Of a stretch of 64,000 bases of DNA, positions 29,805 through 39,703 are shown in pieces. The first letter of the stretch is position 1. Each line of letters starts with the position of its first letter. Under the pieces are notes generated by a model. It did not search any database. It was not told the origin of the DNA and saw only the letters and a program-made list of their open reading frames with translations. This DNA is from Candidatus Bathyarchaeota archaeon (lineage in GTDB: Archaea > Thermoproteota > Bathyarchaeia > Bathyarchaeales > Bathycorpusculaceae). Position numbers and translations under genes: made by a program. The stretch covers positions 64,001 to 128,000 of the forward strand of contig CAVTBV010000002.1 of NCBI GenBank assembly GCA_963733095.1. The letters run 5' to 3'.

Positions 29805-30092
29805 ATGGATAAGTTCACAAAATACGCTTTATTGACTATGGTCTTGATTGTAGCAATCATGACTGTCAGCGCCTACATTGGTTTCATAGTAGGCGGAAAT
29901 GCAGCAACTGATGACAAAGTAAATAACATGGCAGGAGGAGGCACAGCCTATTCGCCATTAGACATTTCTAAATTGGGTTTAACAGGAGAATACGCTGGCT
30001 TCTTTACAGCGGCTGCCGTCGGCGGGTTAATAGTAGGCTACCTCTTTCCTTCGGTATTTAGTAATAATGTCGTTTCAAGGAGGGAAAACTAA
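29805..30092 (+). CDS. cbiN: CbiN-like cobalt transport protein
   Basis: Two TM helices flanking an ATDD loop, followed by EY..F..AA.VGG.IVGY; lies directly after cbiM. Confidence 0.75.
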   Translation: MDKFTKYALLTMVLIVAIMTVSAYIGFIVGGNAATDDKVNNMAGGGTAYSPLDISKLGLTGEYAGFFTAAAVGGLIVGYLFPSVFSNNVVSRREN

Positions 30093-30208
30093 TGCTGGAA
30101 TGGCTATCAGGAGACCCTTTAGTTGGAATATTGATCACAATAGGTTTCTTTACTTTCCTCATTATCGGAAGAAGCATGAAACTTAGAAAAATGAATCGAA
30201 AAAGATGA
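30092..30208 (+). CDS. 38-aa single-TM peptide inside the cbiMNQO operon
   Basis: MLEWLSGDPLVGILITIGFFTFLIIGRSMKLRKMNRKR; AGGAGG RBS; TAATG overlap upstream and ATGA overlap downstream. Confidence 0.7.
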   Translation: MLEWLSGDPLVGILITIGFFTFLIIGRSMKLRKMNRKR

Positions 30209-30996
30209 ATGTAATGTATCACGTAAATCTTGAAGAATACACCGAAGGAAGCTCTGCACTGCACAGATTGGATGCTAGAATTAAGGTCATATGTGCAGTG
30301 ACCACGGTTTTCTGTATAGTATTTTTAGCTCATTGGTATGTTCCATTGCTTTTCTTTGCAACTTGTTTTGGACTAGTTCTTTACTCAAGAGCGTCGTTGA
30401 AAGTTTATTACCGAAGGCTTCTCATGCCAATTTCCCTCGTTGCATTCGTCGCTGTAATTATGCCCTTCACTTACGGGTCAATAGTGATTGCCAGAGTTCC
30501 AGGGCTAATGATTCCTATCTATTCAGACGGCATCTACTTTGGCGTCCTTGTGTTTATGCGTTGTATTGCAGCCGTTTCTGTTCTGAATTTGCTTATTCTT
30601 GTCACGCCCATCACAACGGTTATGGATTCACTAGCATGGTTCCGTGTTCCATCAGTAATTATAGATACGATGATGTTGATGTTTAGGTACATTGGCATTC
30701 TTTCCGAGGAGAGCACAAGAATGTATAGAGCGCAGCAGTCACGATGTGGGCATTCACGCTCCGTAAGTTACCTAAAAAAAGTAGCTAATTACGGCAACAT
30801 CGCAGGCGCACTTCTTTTAAGATCATTTGACAGAGCTATAAAAGTTGGCAACGCAATGACTTCAAGAGCATACACTGGAAAATATACGCTGTTTACCTAT
30901 GAGAAAAAGAAGCTTCCTAAGTGGGACATTCTTGTAGGTTCATTAGTCGTAATTGCTAGTGTAAGCGTAGTTCTCATTGATGCGTTTATTCTGTAA
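30205..30996 (+). CDS. cbiQ: Cobalt ECF transporter T component
   Basis: LHRLDARIK, FRYI, AQQSR, RSFDRA..AMTSR. Confidence 0.93.
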   Translation: MNVMYHVNLEEYTEGSSALHRLDARIKVICAVTTVFCIVFLAHWYVPLLFFATCFGLVLYSRASLKVYYRRLLMPISLVAFVAVIMPFTYGSIVIARVPGLMIPIYSDGIYFGVLVFMRCIAAVSVLNLLILVTPITTVMDSLAWFRVPSVIIDTMMLMFRYIGILSEESTRMYRAQQSRCGHSRSVSYLKKVANYGNIAGALLLRSFDRAIKVGNAMTSRAYTGKYTLFTYEKKKLPKWDILVGSLVVIASVSVVLIDAFIL

Positions 30997-31886
30997 TGGA
31001 GCAAAGAATCTTGAAAGCAATTGAAACAATCGATTTAACCTACACATATCACGATGGAACAAAAGCCTTGAACAACATAAACTTCATGGTTGAAAAAGGC
31101 GAAAACATGGCCATTCTTGGACCAAATGGCGCTGGCAAATCAACGTTACTTCACCACTTTAACGGACTACTGATGCCTACCTCGGGAAAAGTCCTTGTTC
31201 TAGAAAAACAAGTTGCCACTTCAGACCTTGACTGGGTAAGACAAAAAGTCGGTTTAGTGTTTCAAGACCCAGATGACCAATTATTCGCTCGTACTGTGGG
31301 CTTAGATGTTGCCTTTGGACCAGTAAACTTGGGTTTTCCACCTGCAGAGGTAAAGGCTCGAGTGAAATGGGCTCTGGAAGCCACCGAAATAGCGGATTTA
31401 GAAAATAAATCCCCTCAAAATTTGAGCACTGGACAGAAGAAGCGTGCGGCGATAGCTGGTGTGTTAGCTATGAAACCTGAGATAATAGTTTTAGATGAAC
31501 CGATGGCTAACCTTGACCCTCGTACTGCGAGCAAAATTCTCAAGTTGCTTCTTCAGCTTAATCAGGAGTTAGGCTTAACATTGATTATAGCCACCCACGA
31601 CGTTGATTTGGTTCCGCTCTTCGCAAACAAGATATGCATCTTAAACAAGGGACAAATCGTTCTCCAAGGCCCCCCTCAAGCGGTCTTCTCTCAAGCGGAC
31701 GTTTTAAGAAGCATGGATTTGCGCCTTCCAAGAATAACTCACCTCTTTGAGATATTAGGCAAGAGGAATAGCTTATTTACCAGCAATAATTACCCGCTTA
31801 CTATCGGAGAAGCACGAAGAGAAATAATGGAGCGCATAAAACCAAAAATGGATACAGCATCCCCTGACAACACGAATACAGTGTAG
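30996..31886 (+). CDS. cbiO: Cobalt ECF transporter ATPase
   Basis: [34 protein letters not shown]. Confidence 0.93.
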   Translation: MEQRILKAIETIDLTYTYHDGTKALNNINFMVEKGENMAILGPNGAGKSTLLHHFNGLLMPTSGKVLVLEKQVATSDLDWVRQKVGLVFQDPDDQLFARTVGLDVAFGPVNLGFPPAEVKARVKWALEATEIADLENKSPQNLSTGQKKRAAIAGVLAMKPEIIVLDEPMANLDPRTASKILKLLLQLNQELGLTLIIATHDVDLVPLFANKICILNKGQIVLQGPPQAVFSQADVLRSMDLRLPRITHLFEILGKRNSLFTSNNYPLTIGEARREIMERIKPKMDTASPDNTNTV

Positions 31887-31897
31887 GATAGTTAATT

Positions 31898-32710
31898 ATG
31901 ACCCATCACTGGGGCTATGTCGGAGCAATCGCGTCTGCCCTCCTTTTCGGGAAAAGTACCACTTTAAACAAGATAGCCTCAACCAATGTTAATCCATCAA
32001 TCGTGGCAGGGTTAATCTACCTTTTCGCTGGCCTCTTATTAGCAGCAATTCGTTTATCGCCGCTTCGCGGTCAAGTTATGCGGTTAATTAAGACTCTGAC
32101 AAAAACTGAGCCAAAGTTATGAAGAAAAGAAGGCGTTTTTTGGGAGTTAGTGGTGCTTTCAGGCTCAATTATAGCGCCTTTAATGTACTGTTTACTGTTT
32201 TAAATGCGCTCGTTTTCTTAAGAGAACACTGCAAACCCGAAAGAATGAATAGGCATAACCTTGTTAATAGCAGGCGCTATTTTCTTGGCAACTAACGCAC
32301 AATTCACCAGTCATTTTAGGCGCATGCTTGTTTTGGGGCACAGACAACAACCTCAGTAAGTTTCTTTGTAATAAGAAGGATTTAATTTTGGTGACAGCTT
32401 TAAAATGCTTGATTGGCGGCGGATGCCTTTTACTTCTGGCTTTTGTGCTTGGCTTGAGTTTTTATGTTCCGCTTTAAGCTTTTCCCTACATCATTTCGGT
32501 TGGCGCATTTAGCAATAGTTTTTCGATTCTGTTCTTAATTGTGGGTTTGAAAGAAATTGGCTCCATAAGAACGGGAACCATCTATTCTACTTCAGCACTG
32601 TTTGGAGTTGTCTTCGCCTTGAAAGTCCTCAAGGAAACCATATCGGTTGTGCCGGCACTTGCTGGTTTAGTTATGGTTTAGGAATTTGCGTTCTTTACAA
32701 GAAGAAATGA
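31898..32710 (+). pseudogene. EamA/DMT transporter, multiply disrupted
   Basis: WGYVGAIASALLFG N-terminus, then fragments in shifting frames (G.IIAPL, DNNLSK, LKEIGSIRTGTIYSTSALFGV.FA..VLKE) with in-frame stops. Confidence 0.8.
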
Positions 32711-32874
32711 ATCTATCTCCGTCGCGTTTATTTCTTTTTGTTAGGTAGTTTTGGTGAAGTGGTTCCTTAGGCACAACAAAAACCAGCTGGCAGGGAAGAC
32801 TTTACCTTTTCTGTTTTGGAGTTTGGTTTGGGCTGCTTTCTGATTGTCCACGCTACAAGCAGAAGCGAAAAGAA

Positions 32875-33705
32875 TTAATTAGAAAGGTCGTAGCCTCGGG
32901 CAGTAACCATTTTATCGTTGATCACCTTGGTTGCCAAGTTGCCGACGACGATTGTTGTTACCATGTCAATTTCGCAGTTAAGCATATCTTTGAGCGTTGT
33001 TATAACGGCGCTCTCCCCCTCTCTACCTGCCTGCCTAACGATGCCAACGGGCGTATCAGGCCTAATGTGCTTTAGCATTATTTCATAAGCCTTCGCCAAC
33101 GGCTCAATTCTTCCCTGGCTCCGAGGGTTGTAGAGAACAATTGAGAAATCTGCAGATGCTGCGGCATCGATCCGGCGTTCAATTTTTTCCCAAGGAGTCA
33201 ACAAATCGCTAAGACTGATTACCACAAAATCGCTGACTAACGGTGCTCCAAGGATTGCGGATGCAGCGGTGGCGGCAGTGACTCCTGGAACAATCTCAAC
33301 TTTCACGGGAGTTTTGTTTTTTGCGGCAACTTCTAAAACTACACCTGCCATGCCATAGACGCCGGGGTCTCCGCTACTGACAATTACAACGAGTTTGTCC
33401 TCTTTCGCTTTGTCCACTGCAATTTGGGCGCGTTCAACTTCTTTACCCATTGTGCCAGAAACAACTTCAGCTTTCTTTTTCACAATGGATTGGATAAGTT
33501 TGATGTATGTTCCATAACCTACAACTACGTCGGCATTCTCAATTTCTCTTCGAGCTTTAGGGGTTAAATGTTCAAGGCTCCCGGGTCCAATGCCGACAAC
33601 GCTTATTCGCCCTCGGCCACTGCCACCGTTACCCCGTTTAACTTGGTTTTTTTGAGTAGTAGTTTTGAGTTTTTTCCCGCTATCAGTAGTGCTGCTCGTT
33701 CGCAT
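32875..33705 (-). CDS. cbiH: Cobalt-precorrin-3B C17-methyltransferase
   Basis: VVGIGPG, SSGDPGVYGMA, ISLSDLLTPWEKIE, LYNPRS, TARGY. The start is uncertain (see findings). Confidence 0.93.
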   Translation of the reverse strand: MRTSSTTDSGKKLKTTTQKNQVKRGNGGSGRGRISVVGIGPGSLEHLTPKARREIENADVVVGYGTYIKLIQSIVKKKAEVVSGTMGKEVERAQIAVDKAKEDKLVVIVSSGDPGVYGMAGVVLEVAAKNKTPVKVEIVPGVTAATAASAILGAPLVSDFVVISLSDLLTPWEKIERRIDAAASADFSIVLYNPRSQGRIEPLAKAYEIMLKHIRPDTPVGIVRQAGREGESAVITTLKDMLNCEIDMVTTIVVGNLATKVINDKMVTARGYDLSN

Positions 33706-34688
33706 ACTCCTCCAACACCGATTTTTTCCTGAACCATCGCTGAGTCAGGCGAAAGATCCTGGTGATTTAAAGAACGAAGTGCATCGACACTTAAAAACTC
33801 AAGCGGCGCCCCCAACCGCTTTACAGCTTCCACCATGGGCTTTGAGGTTTTTTTGATGTCGACGGTGGCAAAAGCGTTAACCCGCTCCAAGGGAATGCGG
33901 ATTCGCTCTAACACTGTGTCGACTGCTTCGACTATGCTGTCGGTGGTAGAATCTTTGCGTGCACCCAACCCAACAACGATAGATTTGGTTTTGAGTATAG
34001 TGAATGGTTTGACGAACTTTACAATCGACAAGGGCTTGTCGGTAATTATTATACCCGCATCGTAGTCGTTAATGATTTCCAGCGCTTGAACGCCATTCTC
34101 GGCTTTTTTGATATCATAGCAGCTGAGTTGGTTTGTTGGGATTTTGACGTCATCAGTTAACACGACAATCAATCGGTCGCCGTTCACTATGGCAGCGTTA
34201 ACTGCGATGAGGCTTTCGGGGTTTTCGATGGTTAGATGCAGGTTTTTTGCGATTTCGTCAGTGCTCGTTTTGCCTGTGACCTCGGAGGCGGTGGTGATTA
34301 CGGGTGTTGCTCCTATGCCTTTGGCGATTGTTCGCGATAGTTCGTTTGCGCCGCCGTAATGTCCTGACAGCAGGCTTATGACGAATTTTCCTGTAGCGTC
34401 TACACCGACTACTGCGGGGTCAGTTAGTTTGCTTTCCAGAAGGGGTGCAACTGCCCTAATAGTTATGCCGGTTGCCATCACAGAAACAAATGCATCCACG
34501 GAACTGTAATTGTCTTTAACAAATTCACCGAATTTTTTTTCTAAAATTACAACACCGTTTTGGCTGTATTTCTTTGGGGCATATACCCTCGCATTCAAAC
34601 CAGAGGCATCCAACGCTTCCCTAATCTTTAGCGCAGTATCTACGCCGCGTCTTGTAATTGCAACAACAGCAATCCCTTTGGCATACAT
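33603..34688 (-). CDS. cbiG: Cobalt-precorrin-5A hydrolase
   Basis: MATGI..R, K.TDPAV, SLLSGHYGGAN, VITTAS, GVCERAAL. Confidence 0.93.
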   Translation of the reverse strand: MYAKGIAVVAITRRGVDTALKIREALDASGLNARVYAPKKYSQNGVVILEKKFGEFVKDNYSSVDAFVSVMATGITIRAVAPLLESKLTDPAVVGVDATGKFVISLLSGHYGGANELSRTIAKGIGATPVITTASEVTGKTSTDEIAKNLHLTIENPESLIAVNAAIVNGDRLIVVLTDDVKIPTNQLSCYDIKKAENGVQALEIINDYDAGIIITDKPLSIVKFVKPFTILKTKSIVVGLGARKDSTTDSIVEAVDTVLERIRIPLERVNAFATVDIKKTSKPMVEAVKRLGAPLEFLSVDALRSLNHQDLSPDSAMVQEKIGVGGVCERAALLIAGKNSKLLLKKTKLNGVTVAVAEGE

Positions 34689-35453
34689 CTATGCTTCGCC
34701 TTTACGGAACCCCGTCGTAAACTTGGGGTCATAGAGCTTAGATAAATCATACGCTTGCGGATCAAGCACTTTGCCGACAAAAATCAGCGCGGTCTCCGTG
34801 ATGCCTTCGGCTTTAACTTTGCTAACTATATCGGCGAGGGTGCCTTTAACAACTTTCTGCTCTGGCCAAGTCGCCTTGTAGACGACTTGGCAGGGCGTGT
34901 CTTTGGGGTAGCCGCCCTTCTGCAGTTCCTCGATGACGCGGGCGATGTGGGGTGTACCTAAGAAGATGACCATGGTGGCTTGGTGGACTGCGAGTTTTTG
35001 GATGCTTTCAGCTTCGGGAACGGAAGTTCTTCCTGCCGGTCGGGTAATGATAACTGTTTGGCTGATATTTGGCAGGGTTAATTCACGGTTAAGTGCTGCT
35101 GCGCCGCCGAGCAAGCAACTGATTCCGGGAATGCGGAAGTACTCTATGCCTTCCTTGTCGAGAGCGGTCATTACCTCTTGGATTGCACCATAAAAGCTCG
35201 GGTCCCCATCATGGAGGCGCACGACAAGTTTGCCTGCTTTGACACTTGCAATCATGACTTTGAGCATTTCGGGAAGACCCATTTTAGCGCTGTCATGGAG
35301 CTCCACATCTTTCTTGCAGTACTTGAGGTATTCGGGGTTAAGCAGGCTGCCCGCGTAAACAACGACGTCGGCTTGCTCTAGCCATCGTTTGCCTTTAAGC
35401 GTGATGAGTTCGGGGTCTCCTGGTCCAGCGCCTATGAAAACAACTTTATTCAT
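34689..35453 (-). CDS. cbiF: Cobalt-precorrin-4 C11-methyltransferase
   Basis: FIGAGPGDPELIT, YAGSL, RLHDGDP, SQTVIITR, ATWP, SKLYD..F. Confidence 0.95.
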   Translation of the reverse strand: MNKVVFIGAGPGDPELITLKGKRWLEQADVVVYAGSLLNPEYLKYCKKDVELHDSAKMGLPEMLKVMIASVKAGKLVVRLHDGDPSFYGAIQEVMTALDKEGIEYFRIPGISCLLGGAAALNRELTLPNISQTVIITRPAGRTSVPEAESIQKLAVHQATMVIFLGTPHIARVIEELQKGGYPKDTPCQVVYKATWPEQKVVKGTLADIVSKVKAEGITETALIFVGKVLDPQAYDLSKLYDPKFTTGFRKGEA

Positions 35454-36231
35454 GTTTCCCACCCTTACCGTTGCCGTTTCCATTCTGTTTCCAATGAATA
35501 GGAACCTGACTTTTCTTCACAATGGCCACCGAGAAATAATCCTCAGTTATATCCCAACTATCCACATCGCCAAGTTTGCCTACCAGAACTTTCTCTTCAG
35601 GCAACGTACACCTTTTCACCAGTGCAATGGTGGAGTTTTTGGTGAAACCTGACTTTAAGAGAATTGGAATGAACTCTTTAATGTGGAAGGCACACTTCAT
35701 GAATACCAGGTTGTCGGCGTGTTTAGCAGCGTCTTCCAGATGGGCAGGGTTGAGATCTGAGGGAACAATCGTCACGACTTCTTCTTTCTCCGCCAAAGGC
35801 AATCTGCTGCTTGCGGCGGCGGCTGTCACGGAAGTTACGCCTGGGATAATTTCAAGTTCTATTTCTGGATAGGTCTCTTTAATGCATTCGTAAAGATAAA
35901 GAAAAGTACTATAGAGCATTGGGTCGCCCAAAGTGATGAAAGCGACGTCACATTCCTTGGCTTTCGCAGCTACTATTGCCGCGTTTTCTACCCAAAGTTT
36001 TCTGTTATTGAGTTCATCTTTTGTCATGGGAAAAACTAATTCAAGAATCTGGGCAGGTTTTTTGCGTTCAGCCAAAATTTGTTTAACCATGCGAAGCGCC
36101 ATACTGGGTTTTTTCGCGTGAGATTTCGGAACGCAGATAATGTCTACCGTTTTGAGGGCTTTTGCAGCTTTTAACGTAATGAGTTCTGGGTCGCCGGGAC
36201 CAACGCCGATGCCTATGAATGTTCCTGCCAA
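35446..36231 (-). CDS. cbiL: Cobalt-precorrin-2 C20-methyltransferase
   Basis: GIGVGPGDPELITLKA, FPMT, TLGDPMLYST, IPGVTS, YFS. Confidence 0.93.
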   Translation of the reverse strand: MAGTFIGIGVGPGDPELITLKAAKALKTVDIICVPKSHAKKPSMALRMVKQILAERKKPAQILELVFPMTKDELNNRKLWVENAAIVAAKAKECDVAFITLGDPMLYSTFLYLYECIKETYPEIELEIIPGVTSVTAAAASSRLPLAEKEEVVTIVPSDLNPAHLEDAAKHADNLVFMKCAFHIKEFIPILLKSGFTKNSTIALVKRCTLPEEKVLVGKLGDVDSWDITEDYFSVAIVKKSQVPIHWKQNGNGNGKGGKHE

Positions 36232-36242
36232 ATCGTTTTCAC

Positions 36243-36848
36243 CTAAGGTTTTGTCGCTGAGACTATTGTTATTGGATTTCTTGCCATCATCATTGTTCCG
36301 CTGTTTATTTGTTTTCCCTTCGCGACCGAAATATATGCAATATCGATATCTTTGAAGCCCAGAGATTTCATTTCGGAAATTGCCAGGGTTGCGGTTTCTA
36401 AAAGTATAGCGTTTACGACTATTCTTCCATTGATGTTGAGCTTGGCGCTGGCAATTTGAAGGATTGCTCTAAGGGAAACTCCACCTCCACCAATAAGGAT
36501 GGCATCCGCGTTTGGAAGGGTTAGCAGTGCTTGAGGTGCTTTACCGCTGCAGACGGAGACATTGCCTTTAACCCCGAATTTTTCTGCATTACTATTTGTT
36601 AGCTTGATTGCGGCTTGGTCCTCATCGATTGCGTAAACTTTGCCCTTCGGCGCAATCTGCAATGCAGCTTCAACTGTCAAACCTCCCGTTCCGCAGCCCA
36701 CATCTATAACAACGTCGCCTTCACATAGGCGTGCTTTGGATATCGTTATAACTCTGATTTCTTCTTTGGTTGGACCGGGAACCTCGTCGCTTTGATTAAA
36801 TGCCTCGTCAGGTATTCCTGGCGTCTTGTACACCCATTCTTTAGCCAT
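36243..36848 (-). CDS. cbiT: Cobalt-precorrin-6B C15-methyltransferase (decarboxylating)
   Basis: PGIPDEAF, PTKEEIR, DVGCGTG, ARNPI. Confidence 0.95.
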   Translation of the reverse strand: MAKEWVYKTPGIPDEAFNQSDEVPGPTKEEIRVITISKARLCEGDVVIDVGCGTGGLTVEAALQIAPKGKVYAIDEDQAAIKLTNSNAEKFGVKGNVSVCSGKAPQALLTLPNADAILIGGGGVSLRAILQIASAKLNINGRIVVNAILLETATLAISEMKSLGFKDIDIAYISVAKGKQINSGTMMMARNPITIVSATKP

Positions 36849-36865
36849 TCGAATTCAACTTAATG

Positions 36866-37543
36866 TTAGTTAACGGTTTGCTTGATAACCATTACGCATA
36901 GCGCCCCAAAGGTCTGCCCACAAACTTTCTCTAACGTGCTTGAGGTAATGTTCTCGTTTTCTAAGGTTACGTTCTCGCATATGAAAACGGGTGTTTTCTT
37001 GTCTGACCCTGATTTGATTAGTAAACTTGCTATGTCTTTGGGTGCGAAGGCTCGGGAGTCTGGCAGGAGTAGAATATTGCAACCCCTCTTAACCGCTGCC
37101 GCCAATTCCTGTTTTTCTTCTTCAGGAACCTTGCCATCATGGAAAGTAAACAGACGTGCGGTATCCCAACTAATGTTTAAACGTGCAGCACAAGCCTGAA
37201 TTGAACTTACTCCTGCAACAACATTAATGTCTTCAGCTTTGAATAACTCGCTTTCCAAAACTGTGTGCAACAGCCCCGAAAAACCAGGGTCACCAGTTGA
37301 GAGCAAAACAACACTTTTTCCGCTATTAACAGATTCCGCTGCCAGTTTGAGGGTGTCTTTGAGGTTTTTTGCGATTAAAACTATCCGTTCCCCTCTTCCT
37401 TCAGCTGGAAAGAGGTTTAGGCTTCTTTGCGCGCCAATAACAATGTCTGCTTGTGCCACAGTTCTTTTTGCAGCTGGGGTAACGTAGTCTGGGTTGCCCG
37501 GTCCAACGCCGACTATGTTAATTCTAGCCAAGGCTGGTTGCAC
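36866..37543 (-). CDS. cbiE: Cobalt-precorrin-7 C5-methyltransferase
   Basis: IVGVGPG, STGDPGFSG, GVSSIQ.CAAR, CEN. Confidence 0.92.
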   Translation of the reverse strand: MQPALARINIVGVGPGNPDYVTPAAKRTVAQADIVIGAQRSLNLFPAEGRGERIVLIAKNLKDTLKLAAESVNSGKSVVLLSTGDPGFSGLLHTVLESELFKAEDINVVAGVSSIQACAARLNISWDTARLFTFHDGKVPEEEKQELAAAVKRGCNILLLPDSRAFAPKDIASLLIKSGSDKKTPVFICENVTLENENITSSTLEKVCGQTFGALCVMVIKQTVN

Positions 37544-38613
37544 CTAGCGTTCTCATCCATTCCAAGAACTTTGCCATCCATGGCAACGATTACGACGCTT
37601 ATCTTTATCTTATTTTCCACTCGGTCACTAACACGTTGGTTGACTCGAGCAGCAATTTTGTTGTATGTGGCTTCTAAGAGGTTGGCTTGTTTTAGAATTT
37701 CTGTGGCTTCATCTGTGGTGTTTGCTGTTAACAATTCGTTGATGGTTTTTGTGTTTGCTCCAACTGCTCCTGCATACGAAGCGATGACTTCGTTGCGTGC
37801 ATCTCCAACCTTGTGGTGAGTATTGAAGATGTTAGCTGCCAATTTTACCAATTTCCCTGAGTGACCAAGAACGATAATTTCTCTGATTCCTTTTTCAACG
37901 GCTTTGTCGAGCATGTAGCCAACGAAGTCGCCTGTTTGGATGATCGCGTCTTCGGGGACTCCAAACTGCTGTTTTGCGATTCGTTCGCCAATGTTGCCTG
38001 GAACAAATAGGATGCGTTTGTATCCTCTTGCGATTGCGACGTCGATTTGGGGAACTAACGAGCGGCGGCATGCTTCAAGAGACAAGGGCTTGACTACTCC
38101 TGTGGTGCCCAATATTGAAACGCCTCCAGTGATGCCTAATTTGGCGTTCATGGTTTTCTTAGCAATATTTGCCCCCTCAGGGGCGCTGATCAGGATTTCA
38201 ACGCCTTTGCCTTCGGGCAGTGCTTCTTTGACGGCTTCCGTAATCATGCTCTTAGGCACAGGGTTGATTGCGCCTTCGCCGATGGGAACTTGCAAGCCGG
38301 GTTTTGTAACTTTGCCGATGCCTATGCCGCTTTTTATGGTGATTTTGCCGTCGTCGGTTAGTTTTATGGTGGCGGTGATTTCCATTTTGTCTGTTACGTC
38401 GATGTCTTGTCCTGCGTCCTTAACTGTGACTGCTTCGGCGGCGTCTTTGGCGAGTTTTCTACTGGATTTAATCGGCACTTCAAAACGTAGACCGATAGGA
38501 GTTGGGATAACTACTCGGTCAACGGGTTCTTTAAGCGCTGCGATTACAGCGGCTTTGGCTGCCGCTGCGGCGGTTGCGCCTGTTGTTATACCGTATTTCA
38601 AAAACCGAGCCAT
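37513..38613 (-). CDS. cbiD: Cobalt-precorrin-5B C1-methyltransferase
   Basis: GITTGATAAAAAKAA, KDAG.D.DVT, AINPVP, GGVSILGTTG, GH.GKLVKLA. Confidence 0.95.
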   Translation of the reverse strand: MARFLKYGITTGATAAAAAKAAVIAALKEPVDRVVIPTPIGLRFEVPIKSSRKLAKDAAEAVTVKDAGQDIDVTDKMEITATIKLTDDGKITIKSGIGIGKVTKPGLQVPIGEGAINPVPKSMITEAVKEALPEGKGVEILISAPEGANIAKKTMNAKLGITGGVSILGTTGVVKPLSLEACRRSLVPQIDVAIARGYKRILFVPGNIGERIAKQQFGVPEDAIIQTGDFVGYMLDKAVEKGIREIIVLGHSGKLVKLAANIFNTHHKVGDARNEVIASYAGAVGANTKTINELLTANTTDEATEILKQANLLEATYNKIAARVNQRVSDRVENKIKISVVIVAMDGKVLGMDENARCNQPWLELT

Positions 38614-38625
38614 TTAGCTATCACT

Positions 38626-39702
38626 TTAACCGTAACGTTTGCCTTCAGCCATAGACAGTAACGCGTTGAAAACGGCAACTGCAATCGTGCTGCCGCCTTT
38701 GCGTCCTCTCGTAATCACGTAAGGAACTGGAAGCTTGGCGACAACCTCTTTGGATTCCGCGGCACCCACAAACCCAACGGGAACCGCTACGATTAGGGCT
38801 GGCTTAACTTTTCCCATCTTTATCTGGTCTGCCAACTCGAATGCGGCCGTAGGAGCGTTGCCGATGAGAACGATGGCTCCGTCTAAACCGTCTTTGATAG
38901 CTAAGCGCATGGCAGCGGCTGACCGCGTCAAGGATTCTTTCTTGGCGAGGTCCATTGTTCGTTCATCGTTCATGTAGGTGGAGATTTTGCTGCCAAATTT
39001 TTTGAGTCTAGCATCGTTGATGCCTGCCCTAATCATCTTGACGTCTGATACTACCTTGGCGCCTGCCTTAATCGCCTTTACCCCTGCCTCCACGGCATCG
39101 TCGCTGATGATAAGAATTTTGGCAAATTCAGGGTCGGCAGTGGTATGGACAACTCGCTCGACGATAGGAACCTTATCTTTTGGCAATTTCGCCAAGTCGT
39201 CGCCGATGGCCTCACGGATAAGCATCATGCTTTTGTCAACGATTTTTCCTGCCTCAGCAACAGAGTAAGCGTCAACAACTTCGCTGTCTTTCTTAACCTC
39301 CTGCCCCAGCGCTTTTAGGGCTTTTTCCTCGAGGATATCGGCTATGCGTTCGTCGCTGCCTATTGGTTCGCCATAAACCAATTCGATACCGAGCGTTTTA
39401 AGGTTAGGCTGTTTTTCTTTAACTCCGATTAACTCAGGAATCTCTTGAGTCGTGTGGACGCCTGGAGCAAGGAAAGCCGGAACCAAAACAATCTTTGACA
39501 AATCCTTCTTTGCCATCGCGTCGATTGCCTCGGCGATGGTGGGGGTGTCGCGTATCATAAAAGCGATTTCTACAGTTTTGAATTTGCTGCGACTACGGAG
39601 AATATCTGCTAGTTTTTCGAGGTTTTCTCGGTTATGGGGTAGTTTGCTTCCATGCCCAATTAAAATTAAACCTGCCTTATCTAAGGCTACTGCTTCTGCC
39701 AA
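38626..39702 (-). CDS. cbiXC: Fusion of sirohydrochlorin cobaltochelatase (CbiX) and cobalt-precorrin-8 methylmutase (CbiC)
   Basis: N-terminal part: LIGHGS, FLAPGVH...IP, GEPIG.D. C-terminal part: RVVHTTAD, TRSAAA, IGNAPTA, PVGFVGAAESK, GRKGGS. Confidence 0.9.
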   Translation of the reverse strand: MAEAVALDKAGLILIGHGSKLPHNRENLEKLADILRSRSKFKTVEIAFMIRDTPTIAEAIDAMAKKDLSKIVLVPAFLAPGVHTTQEIPELIGVKEKQPNLKTLGIELVYGEPIGSDERIADILEEKALKALGQEVKKDSEVVDAYSVAEAGKIVDKSMMLIREAIGDDLAKLPKDKVPIVERVVHTTADPEFAKILIISDDAVEAGVKAIKAGAKVVSDVKMIRAGINDARLKKFGSKISTYMNDERTMDLAKKESLTRSAAAMRLAIKDGLDGAIVLIGNAPTAAFELADQIKMGKVKPALIVAVPVGFVGAAESKEVVAKLPVPYVITRGRKGGSTIAVAVFNALLSMAEGKRYG

Positions 39703-39703
39703 A

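Noticed and set aside
37940-38617. Long antisense ORFs (also 4488..5081, 45875..46420, 48437..49000, 29102..29545, 22143..22544)
   Set aside because: These are shadows of well-supported genes on the opposite strand and show no motifs.
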